Assembly (NCBI GenBank): GCA_051294905.1
Contig: CM119371.1
Coordinates: 27,902,001 to 27,966,000, forward strand
Source: Botryllus schlosseri
Lineage: Eukaryota
Direction of reading: 5' to 3'
Length of the DNA: 64,000 nt
This document shows, in pieces, positions 1 to 12,000 of the stretch (positions are counted from its first letter, which is position 1; each line of letters starts with the position of its first letter). A program made the position numbers and the translations under genes. The notes under the pieces are model-generated. The model ran no database searches. It was given only the letters and a program-made list of their open reading frames with translations, and was not told the origin of the DNA.

Positions 1-18
1 CACGTAGAGAAATTGATG

Positions 19-92
19 TATACATTCATGATTATTAGCTGACTCGGAAGTCGATATACATTCATGATTATTAGCTGGTTCGGAAGTCGATA
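19..92. repeat. Short tandem duplication (~36 bp x2)
   Basis: atacattcatgattattagctg(ac/gt)tcggaagtcgat occurs twice in tandem. Confidence 0.8.
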
Positions 93-1889
93 GACATTTA
101 TAAGTACTTCGCTAATGGCGAGAAATATATATTGCATTTTGAACCGTACGTGATATTCAATAAAGTTACAAGCCGGGGAGACGGAAACAAAATATATTCG
201 TCAGTGTGATCCATCGAATACGTGTGCAATAGACAGGCCTGGTGGTACGTCAGCCAACAAGGTCGTACGGCGTGGGTTACGCCGGTCGTCGAACGGAAGA
301 AGAAACACGCAGCTAATTGTAAACGCAACTTTCTGGAGTCAGATAAAACACAATTATACAGCTACAAACGTTCGCTCTGCGTTAAACACACCATGTTGCT
401 TCAGTTAGGATATTGCGGTACGTTGACCATAATACCATGTCAATTGTCAACCTATTTGTTTCGTTTGACAGTTTATGATCCACGATGAGCAGACAATGGG
501 CCGTCTACAACGGTAGGCCTAATAAGTAGGCTACAAGCTGTAAAATATCAAAATCTACGATACAAACGAAATGGAGGGGTAAAAAAAATTTGACTCTGTA
601 AACAATTTTTACAATTTTTTGACTTGACGCGTCAATTTTGACAAAAAAAATCGCCCTATTACTAGCAAATTCTATTAAACTATAGGCATTATCAGCCCGG
701 GTTGATGAGATGCATGGAATTGTTTTTTTACCACTAGTCAAAAAAAATCAAAATCAACCCCACCTAAACTAATAACTTCCATCTACTCGCGTACCACCTG
801 GAAGACCTTCGCGTACCACTAGTGGTACGCGTACCACAGGTTGGGAACCACTGGTTTAGGCGATACGAAACTGCCTCACTAAAGAGTACAAGAGATCTCG
901 GTCATAAGTGTAGCCACAACAACGTTCATCATGATGGGCGGTCTGGGGGACAAAGCCCCCTAGAACTTTGTTTCATCACCCCATGGGTCCCAATACCAAC
1001 GCTTGGGGGGGGGTGACGAAGTGGTGTTTCGGTCCTGGATCCAGTGATTCAACACCAACAAGTATAAGTCCGAAAAATGTGGACTTAATTTCTACAAAAT
1101 GCTGGAGGTTTATCTGAACCAGTGTTTCTTAACCGGGGTTCCACAGAACACCCGGGGTTCCACGAGCCAGCCTCAGGGGTTCCACAGGTGGTCAAGACTC
1201 AAGACACACACTCAACTCATATAGGCTACATGACTTGCGATGATAAGCCCGTCTTGGTCATCTTTGACTGCAGACATTTATGCCGGATCTGTAGTCGAAT
1301 TGTGACTGTTGTGGTGGTACGTTGTGTGTAATGTTGTACGCAGGCAAGGTTGGGATTCGAAATTGAAGCCTAGACTTTCTGAACTACCGATTAGATCTCC
1401 AACACTTGGAAGCTCATGTGTAAGCAATTGATATCGCACTTGCATTTCGACCGAAAAATGGTATGACACTTTCCAATGTGAAGCCTCGCATTCCTGAACT
1501 GGAATCTGAAAGTGAACAGGAGATTTGCAATGAATATTCATTATATTGTTTTCGTTCTGTGTGGAAATCATAATTTAATGGCTTTCTTTTTTATCACTCT
1601 GTTGATTCGCAGTTGTCAAGGAGTTCTTTGAAGTCTGGCTGCAAGTCGGGAGTAGAAAGTAGAAACCCTTATGTAGACTGCTCGTGAACATCAGTTAGAT
1701 TGGAACGAAGCTTTGTTTCGTTATGTTCATGTTTGAAAGATTCTGCTAGCAAATGTATAGATCCGAACAGAACAAGTAGTTTCATTATCACCTTTCTCAG
1801 GTTGGTAAATTTGGATTCATTCAGTGACGCATATACGCACAACACAGAGACAACAATGAGCTAAAGAATAACCTACAGACTCTATAGTA

Positions 1890-2378
1890 CAGTGGTTCCC
1901 AACCGTTGGGGATTTCAATGGTTTCCGGTGGGGAATAGACGCAATTTTCAAACATTATATACAGGATAGCCTACATATTTACGGAGACGCATGCGCGATT
2001 AACGTTTCCAGTTAACTGCTCTTGAGTGTATGTGTTGAACATTATGTTGCGCGTTGTTCACAAAACTCATTTCAACCATTGATAAACAATGATGGCGTCA
2101 CAAATGCATCCAGCACGACCAGTATGACGTGAAATAACCCTTTCACTAAATTTTGGAGGTTACCAGTATCGGTTCACAATACGTTTTATGTCGCAGTTAT
2201 AGGCGATTGTCTCGCCTACTAGTGTGGCTGTGTGTCTTGTGTAATCAGACAAGCAAATAACTGCTCTGTGATGACATACAAGTTAATAGGAAATACAGCA
2301 ATAGTTCTGGGTAGTGGGGAATGAAGCTTGGACTAAATCTGAAGTGGGGACTGAAGGAAAAAAGGTTGGAAACCACTT
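1890..2378. mobile_element. Non-autonomous hAT (Charlie/Buster-type) MITE
   Basis: Ends CAGTGGTTCCCAAC / GTTGGAAACCACTT; flanking 8-mers ctatagta / ctatagtt (1 mismatch). Confidence 0.75.
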
Positions 2379-2688
2379 CTATAGTTTGACGTAGGCCTAG
2401 TATCAGTATTAGTTTATTAATATTTTTATCATGTCAAAACACCACAAGACTGCAATACCAAGAAAAGATTGGTGTCGAAACGACTTGGAGTAGTCTTTGA
2501 GATCAGACACCTACATTGGCCTAGCAATCAAGTAGTGGGGGGATTGCGGAAGACTGTGACCGCTGGTCACATTATCATGCCAGACCGGAAACTGGTTGCG
2601 GGCCGTATGTTGCCCGCCCTGTACTACTCGGCCGGTATAGACCAGTCACACGATTACCAATTCTTCACATGCACTGTCTTCCTCGAGT

Positions 2689-2694
2689 TTTATT
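2689..2694 (-). promoter_or_regulatory. Candidate polyadenylation signal of the GT7 gene
   Basis: AATAAA on the minus strand about 215 nt downstream of the stop codon. Confidence 0.45.
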
Positions 2695-2909
2695 GCAAAA
2701 TATGGCTTATAAATAGTAAAAAATGCATATATTCAACAACAAATGTTCCCTAAATCCGTTGATGGATCATTAATGGCGCTTCTCCGATGGATAACAAAAC
2801 GGTTTCGTCTCCTTCGACCTCCACACAGCGATGCGGCAGTTGCATCGGACATGTATTTCGCGGAGTACCAAAGACGTTGATCTTTGCATTGGCGCCAAGC
2901 ACTCATGAT

Positions 2910-3012
2910 TCATTGCTGATGCCCGACATTTATACGGACTTTAACGAAAGTAGAGTACATCTGAACCTCTTCAATTTCAGTGTTCAAACTAGTTAGCCCA
3001 TCCACGTCCAAC
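2910..3012 (-). CDS. GT7 gene terminal coding exon 6
   Basis: tgacag|G TTG...: LDVDGLTSLNTEIEEVQMYSTFVKVRINVGHQQ*, matching the B4GALT C-terminal DGLNSL...V.IG pattern; TGA at 2912-2910. Confidence 0.92.
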
Positions 3013-6000
3013 CTGTCAAGCAAACGTGTGTGTTATATATCAGTGTTGGGATGACCCGAGTCATGACTTGACCCGAGTCAGACTCGAGGAACCTTTTTCG
3101 TATGGCTTGACTTGACTCGAGTCACTTTGCAAAAATGACTTGACTTGACTTGACTAGACGTATCAGAAATGTGGATTCACTCGCGACTCGGAGCAAAATA
3201 TTCGAGTCAATTTCAAGTCATCAAGTGATCGGTGTCGAATAAATAGCTGTTGCATACGTTCAGATTGTTCGCGAAACGCTGGTATAGCCTATGATAACAA
3301 CCATTGATTCAATGATCGTGCGTTTGACTAGGCCCTCCATTGTGTTTTCAAAAATAAATTGACCGTACGCGAAGTGATCGGAGCTTACAGCTTACGTTAT
3401 CAACAAGTAGTAAATTAATCTAATAGCAAAATATATATGTCTGCTCTACAGACTGGTTATTGTCCTGTGTTCACACGTTAACCAAATCACTTTGATTTAT
3501 ATAATTATGTTATATTGCTAGTCATCCATCGGCGCAGGCGGCTGAAATTGCATCTCATGGATGTGTAGGTCGATAGTTTAGGTATGGCATCATATCAATT
3601 TGTTTCTACTATCGGACGTTTTGTATTATTTTGAATTTTGGATGATAATTCAACACTGAGGCTATACAGTTACTGGCGTAGTTTAGCAGTTCTACGTATG
3701 TGTGAGCTGTACAACGTCTTTTCGCATGTATACTAAACTCTATGGTCATTCCTCGATTCAAAATAAATGCCCACTCAATCTGTATTTCAAGCAACAAGCA
3801 AAATGCAATGACGTAATCATGTCTCGTACTTCATAAGGGCAAAACGACTTGAATTGTGACTTGACTCATGACTTGATTTGACTCGAGTAACCTTTGAAAA
3901 GAGATTGAAAATAGAAAATAGATTACTTGCATAGTTTAGCAGTTCTACGTACGTGTGAGCTGAACAACGTCTTTTTGCATGTACACTAAAATGACCGTTC
4001 CTCGATTCAAAATAAATGCCCATTCAATCTGTATTTCAAGCAACAAGCAAAATGATATGACGTAATCATGTCCCGTACTTCATAAGGGCAACACGACTTG
4101 AATTGTGACTTGACTCGTGACTTGAACCTAACCTTGACCCTAATATACTTTGATATACCGTAACTATTACAACGTACGCTTCTGTGGACTTTTTCAACGC
4201 TTGAATCCTTCCGCTGTTACGTGGATTCAACTTGTCGACTCCGTGCGTGATCATCGTGAATCTAAAAAGGTACGAGGAAAAGTAGGTAGAGTCTCGAAAT
4301 GAGAAACTTCCGTGATACTTATCTGAGCTCAAATACAAACAACGAATATATTTTGTATCATGGCAAGAGTGAAATCTTAAAACGGTGGCGATTCAAAATG
4401 AGGGATGATCGCGGGTCAGTAACGACGTACGACAGTCAGAGTATACGCGATTGTTTTAGTACTTGCAGTAGGCCTACTTACTGAAGCTGTTATATATGAC
4501 TACACGTTCACCTTCATTGCCATTTTTTAGGCAAAACTATTTGATTTCACGCTTCATATTTCGTGAAGTAAAAAAGACGCGTAGGTAGGATTACCACATT
4601 TTAAGATCCGGAAGAGAAGACACTTTTTACAAATCAAAAAACTTATAAAATCGGACGAGGTAACGGGTAATGTGAAAATTTTTACTAGGAATACTGTTGT
4701 TGAGTAAAAAATAAATCTCTTTCCGGCTCGACTTCCGTGAGACCCACTCTAACATATTACAGTTGAGTGGCCACAAGAAAATTGGTCATTTTTCAAAATC
4801 GACTCCCGGTAGACCCGCTCTAACGTCACTTTTTTGCCATCCTCGCCGTCGCTGCATTTGCAGTTTTCGCGTCATTTATACCGTCGTTTAGTTGTACCTT
4901 TGCAATCGCCTCTCTGTCCAAGCTGTAAAGGATGACGGATTGCCAAAAAAGTAGGATATTTGGACGTCCTCGGAGGACATTCTCGATTTCTTGAAAGAGT
5001 AGGACTAATCCTCTTAAAGGAGTAAGTTTGGTAACCTTATCATGGGATATCTTGTTGTCACTGTCACTGGTGAAACTGTCATAAAAACTGAACAGCTGAC
5101 TAAAAAATTAACATATTATTTTGAAATAAACCTATTCGCAGTGTCTTTTGTCATTTTGCGTTGGTCGCGAAGATTCACACCGCAATTCTGAAAGTAGTCA
5201 TGCCAGATCAACCGATTAACACCAGAACAAACAAGTGGCTTTTTTGACGCATTTACAATTTTGAAGAGCTGGCATTCAGTCAAATCCTGCTCTTTTCGGC
5301 TGAAACTTCTTGAAACTTCCTTCTTATCTATGATTTTCATAACTCGCCTAGTACAAATAAAAAAAAAAGTTAAACATAGAACTACCTAGAACTATCTAGT
5401 GGCTTTTTGATGCATTGCAGTTTTTCTATCGCAAGGCATCGCAGTTTCATATTCTTGACTCTGGTTAGGTATCTGCCAAAAGCAGGAAAGTCATTTGTAC
5501 CAACAGAACTTTGTTATTATCGGCTTTTTCTAACTCTGTTAGCAACAACATCACTTGCAATAGAAGGCAGACTATCTTCCTCTTTCCGAGTCACCAAGTC
5601 TGTGCAATATTATATTTCCGAAGCTCACCGTGTTACAGGACATGACAATTAAAATGTACCATGGGACCAAGCCGACATTTGTATTGGTCATGCTAAAATA
5701 CTAGAATTGTACAAGGGTGAAGGGCCTTTGCTCTAGTCTACGAGATGGATCCTCGGGGGGGGGGGGGTGGATCTACTAAATTGAATGCATTTGAGAACTA
5801 GGATCATGATTGCATTATGTGTAGTCAGACCCTCTCGAAGAACAGGTTTATGATAGTCATGAACTTTCTATTGACATAAAGAGTGAAAAAAAAAAGGTAG
5901 ACTCGATAAAGATAATTTTGTTTTCATTTATTACATGGTCAAAATGATAGAAAATAATTGGGGTAAAATTTTAGATGGCGGATGCTGCTGTTACCAAGTA

Positions 6001-9000
6001 TTTGTACAAGTACGTCTCATATTTAGGCAAGGATAAGACGACACCTCTTCTATAATCTATACATTGTCCAAGCATAGTCACGTAAAGAGTCTGATGTAAT
6101 CCATATTGAAATAATGTTACGTGAATGTGGCTGTATACTCTGGGTGAAGAAAAATAAGTCCCAGTTGACACTATTGTCAAAAGCTGCTTGAAACTACCTG
6201 GCCCAGAAGGAAAAAAAGCAGCTTCATGTAGCCACACTTTTCCACAAAACTAATATCTCGTCGAAAAGCGTAATGGCAAAATGCCAGTGTAGAGATCGAA
6301 GCTGTCTGCATATATATTGAGCCAACTTCAACTGGAGGTCACTATTTCCTTCAGACACGACACCAACACGAAAAAAGTGACGGTTAAATGTTATAAGGGG
6401 ATATTATTGACCAGGTTGTGAGGCAGTATTCTATAAGGGTACTAGCAACTAGCAAGTCGATGATGGTCCACGCATGTTTTCTTAGAATGTGATTGATCTA
6501 TTACCTGCCGAAAGGCCGATACTATAAAAATATGAAAATCGAGGATTAGTCGCGAGATTGCATTATGCAAATCTTAGCCGATGAGCTTTTTGATATGTAA
6601 GCAAGAACCAAGCATGGTGATGTGGCTAAAGCGGATCTGGAACCCATTCCAAATTTGAAGAACGTTCTCAAATACCCAATGCGCACCAGAACAACCCTGA
6701 TATGTTACATCAAAAAATAACGGCGAAGTGTTGAACTAAAGTCTGTCTACAATATTGCAAGCAGCTGTGAGCGCAATGAACAATGGTTTCTGATGCCGTT
6801 TATAGACCTTTGTGCCATCTCCCGTGGATGCATTTAATCGGAAAATATTCAACATGTGTCAAACAAGCCATTTGGTAGTTCTAGGTAGTTCGAAGTTCCT
6901 GTCGTTCTGGTGGCTATAGGCATCTATTCACCAAACCTGACACTACTTACTTGACTGATATTTGGAATTTCATTTCATACCTCCTATCGAAATGCTTTGA
7001 CGTGTCTAGGAAATCATGACTTTTACTGTAGTTGAGCAGAAATTTAGGGCGTGACTTGCGCTTCTATACTGAAGCACTAATGCTGATTATTTTGACCTCC
7101 GCTGTTCAACATCCATTCGAATGCGATTTGGAAATTGTAAATCTTTCAAATTTCTATGTTCAAGAGCCAATTGAATTCCATTTTCGCAAGTAGTATGAGT
7201 CTAAATCTGTTAGTCCTCAGTCCTCGTCCAATCCAAAGTCAATACTCCTATCACGCTACGCAACATTGAGTACGTGCTAGGGCGGAGCATGGACCGGAGC
7301 CGGATTAGATATCCGGCTGGACTTTTTCAGTTTCAGCCGGAGCCGGATAAGTACTTTTCCTGATACGGCCGGAGCCGGATCGGAGTCGGACTAGAGAATT
7401 TGTCGATCCGCTCCGCACTAGTACCTGCCCAACTCCGGATTCGGTCGAGAGATCCTTAACCCTTTCTTCTTGATACGTTCGTTCAAGGCGTCGTCCTCAC
7501 CGCCCCAGCCCCAGAAGTTATTTGGAAATCCATTGACCTAAAATGGAACATCTTTGTTAAAGTAACTATCACAATTATGTTTAATCCAGTCGATCACTTA
7601 GCCTGGGGAAACGGGCGATTTTGGCTGCTCCATCATATACGGTTTGTATACTTTGACGTCATAAGCGCCACTGACGTCGTACTGACATATTGGTGTAATA
7701 CTCAAATAGGCATTTACTCTATTTTCCTAACTAAACGAGGTGTATATATTGAGAACTTCCGATTCTGTTTTATGTTTTGTTAACCAAACTACATACTTTC
7801 CGAGCTTTGTATTCTGTAAAGTCGTATGAAGTTTTGAGATATGTCTCCGTAAGGTTTTGGAGTGCAATATGCGTACATTACTGATTGAATTAGTCCGCGC
7901 ATTCCGGTAACTGAATATATTTTCCAACATGGCACAAATCTGTGGTCTCATTAGTGGTCATGCGTTAGTAGTGATCGGTTGGTGCCATGAACCCTGCAAT
8001 TTTGGAGTTATCAACGTTACGTCGGCTACCTAAAGTACGCGACGTCTCCAGAAAATTTAGTTTTTCGAAACTACTACTTGAATAATTTCAAAAGTTCACT
8101 TCATATTTCCACTTGGAGTACTATTTTTAATCGGTACGGTTCATTATTATATAATTGATTCACGTTGGCTACGCTCACCCTCATTATGTAGTGCTGTGAG
8201 TAAGTAATCCGTTGACAGTTGCGTTGTAGTATTTGACCTGTTCGAACTGTGTATTTCATTTGTCCTACGCTACAGAATAAGTATAAAGGCTATCTCTAGG
8301 TCAGAACACTGCATATCCATCAGAAATAGATACTGCTAGTTGTAAATGAGTATATGGATTACCGCAGTTACTTTTACTCCATCGTCGCGTACCACTTTTA
8401 CCAAGTCTGATTAGTGCGCACTGCGCCACTCCATTGTTTAATTATTCTTCAATTTTCATTCAAGCTACAGATACACTACCATCATCACGATATCTGCTAC
8501 TGTAGCGATACATAGGCTACTCACGGGCACATCCGCCACATGCCGCCATTGACACATAAAATATTGACAATTGCTACTGTATCGATACATACTCACCGGC
8601 ATATCTGCCACATGCCGTCATTGCCACATAAAGTATTGACAAACTGCCCTGTTCGGGGTTTTTGTACAACAATAACAGCACTGGTCCTACCTTTTCGTAT
8701 TGGTCCGAGGTCATTGCAAGCACTCCGCCCACAGTCATACCACAGCAGAGGGGGTCGTATTCAAATTTGCTGACGGACGTTGACAAGTGATCGACGATAT
8801 CTCCCTTTGAGCATCTATGTTGGCAAAATACTACATATATCCATAAAATGCAAATACCTACAAGCGATATTTGGCAGTGAAAATACAGTGATGAGTCTCA
8901 ATATGCACAACACATGGCTTTGCCCTATGCAGGGTTGTAACGACTCGAGTCATGACTCGACTAAAGTCCGACTCGAGTCACGATTTTCTGGTGACTCGAC

Positions 9001-12000
9001 TTGACTCGAGTCATTTTTTCAAATGCGTAAAACGACTCGTCTAGAGTCTCCTAATTGCCACGCCCAGTTTCACACCCTCACGGTACATTTTCTAAAACTG
9101 ACGTTTGTTGAAATTGAACTGACTTTGGTTGGGTATCATTTAACGGCGATCACCACTAGATTACCGCGAAGACTTGGCGTAGCTAGCTGTTTTGAGAATG
9201 GCCAACTTCGAAAACTCCGCGATTCTGTGCTACGTCCGAGCATGTATCATCTCAGATACATACGATACGATAGTCTCAGTTATCTATGCTCCTAATTTCT
9301 AGAGCAGGTTATTGATCTCTCGACACAAGAATGGAACTCGCGGAAACAATTTTATATTGATCGCGCGAAACGTATGTAGATTCTACATTGTATAATTTTA
9401 ATATGTCGCCATAAAACCGCGCATTGTCTAACGCTTATGAGTGTACTGCTGGAGTGTTATCCGAGAGCTTATATTATCTGCGAACATACGTAGTCCTAAA
9501 TATACATAAAATCATGCATAGTTGATTCACTCAAATTTACGCTGCTAAAACTTCATCACTCACGTCAACGCAATGGCCGTTTAAGATGAAGCGTCATACA
9601 GTGCAAACTCATTTTAATTGCCAATAGCCTTCTGATACGAACATATATTTCTGTTTAGAGTTGTTTTGTTAGGGTTTGTGCAAGTAACATCACTTGTAGC
9701 AGTAAGGTCGATCAGTATGACAGGTGACATTGCAATGTTTTCAAAAATCCCATTTTCTCCTGTGATATATATAGATGACCCGTATTCAAGAATACCTTCA
9801 AGATGAGCTGCTATATAGCAATGACTGAGGCTTGACGTTATATGTTCATTGAAAAATCTGTTTCTTTATTTGGGTTCCATTGACACATATGTTGCGATCA
9901 TACTAAAAGGTGTCATTGGAAGCCCGTTACTATTACATTCACCTCCACCAATCTTTGTGCAAATAGATTTTCGGCATTCGATCATATAGCAAGATCAAGT
10001 ATTAAAAAACGTAGCTGCAGCTGCACAATTCACTTTGAGACAATATATAAGTCCAACCAATTTCTACATAATTGTATAATATTATTATCAACAAAAGTCA
10101 CTTTGTTGTTGTTGTCATTCATAATTAGCCTAGAGTTAATATTTTCACAGGAAATACGGCGGTTGTACGATAGTTGGGCTAAATTTAAACAAAAAGTTTG
10201 GGGTCCGTGAGGGTCTAAAGGAGGTCGGCGGAGACAAAAAGGTGAGAAACACTGCACTAATTCATATGGAGATAATACCCCAATGCGTAGTGCACCGCAC
10301 CCCATGGTAGAAATATGTTTATTACACCTTTAACACACCTATTAATATACAGCGTACATGCGTGGAAAAACGGGCACTACCTGTATAGCAGGTTATCGCT
10401 CTCCACTAGCATGTCAACGTCGTGGAATATAAAGCAGTCGAAGGTGACATTGACTTTGTTTCCGACCGCACGCGCGTGCTTGAATCCCGAGTTCATGATG
10501 CGCCCTTTGTTGAAGGTGTCGTTTCCAATCTGCTCCACGACGAAGATGCTGAACCTACAAGATAATGTAGAATATCATCACAGCTGATACTGTAAGTGAG
10601 ATTTCACAGGAAAGGAAAACCTTCACGACATATTCTTATCGTAGCGTTTGGTTTGATAAAACGGGATCCTCTGCTACATAGCGAGGGGCTACTTATTTAG
10701 GATTTTTCTCAAAAGGGCCACTGTGCTCTAGATATGATGTGGAGTCATTTTCGTGATAAAAGCTTGAAACATGTATTGGCAGCAAAGCAACAATCCATGT
10801 CAGAAAGCCCTCATATTGAAAGTACAGATTCATCAGTGTTGCCTTACACTGAAGTACTTTTGTTGCCAAAATATTGTTCACCTTTTCATCATCAAGTTGG
10901 GAGCACCTGATTTTTAGAGCGCAGCGCTTCTTTGAAAACTAACGTCAATTATGCCAATGGACAGTGGTAATGGGATAATGGAGCGTGTCTGCCAAAGTAG
11001 CTGGGGAGTTATCCGACTTTAACGAATGGGAAAATGCGATTCTTTTGACTACCACCCCCGGGTCATGCTTGCTAATAGCTTCGGTATCCTACACACACTT
11101 TCCGGTAATATCAATCGGATAGTAGAGCAACTAGCACCGTACGGTTTGGTTGTATAATATCCGCAAACATCTGTTTGGAAGTTATTCAAATACTTCTCAG
11201 ATTCTATTCAAATATTATATTGTTTTCAAGCAGCAGGTGTGGTATTCTCATATCCCGCATCCATAACATTTGACATCAGTCGAATATAGCAACACTATAA
11301 GGGCGGAGGTCGTAAAGTTAAAAACTATTAATCGTGGCGAATTTAAGTTGGACGAGATTTCAGGTTAGGATTATCCCGTGTCGTTGGTGAAACTTTTAAT
11401 CCAGCTAAGTAGGATGCCACAATTACCAGATGTTAATCAGGCGATTAGCATTCTCCCGGAGGAGCTAACTTTATGATACCGCCAGGCGCCCCGGATCATT
11501 ATGGACGCCTACCTTCGCCACCAACATCAAAAGCTTTTCGGAAAACGTCGATGCAATTGCACAATCTAGCAGGTATTTAAACCAGGGCTTTAGAGCCGGA
11601 GCCGGAGCCCGGAGCCGGAGCCCCGGAGCCGTGCATTTTTACCGGAGCTGGAGCCGGAGCCGGAGCTCTATATAAAATTCAGCCGGAGCCGGAGCCGGAG
11701 CTGGAGCCAGTTATTTGAGGGGTAGCTCCGGCTCCGACGTTTTTCATAAGATGCTATTATATATGCAACAACAATTTCTGCTGAGTACACCGAATTCAAC
11801 AGCAGGCCTTCGCGAAATTAAGAATCTTTTTCTCTTTGGCGCTACATTTTTCGACTAACCATGTTCCTGGGGGTTTAACAGCAGAGCATCAGTCGTATGT
11901 TCAATGTTCAATTTTCATACATGAGTGCCGAACCTCGGTATGCGACATATGCCTGTGAATATTGTGGGGTATTCGGCATACCCGCAATTTCATCATCAGC

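Noticed and set aside
98..488. Coding-looking GC-richer segment at the window start
   Set aside because: No frame gives a recognisable protein and splice signals are ambiguous; cannot be judged without upstream sequence.
5971..6237. Minus-strand ORF as a possible last exon of the GT7 gene
   Set aside because: It is antisense to a piggyBac relic; the true exons 5 and 6 at 4178-4261 and 2910-3012 carry the expected motifs and phases.
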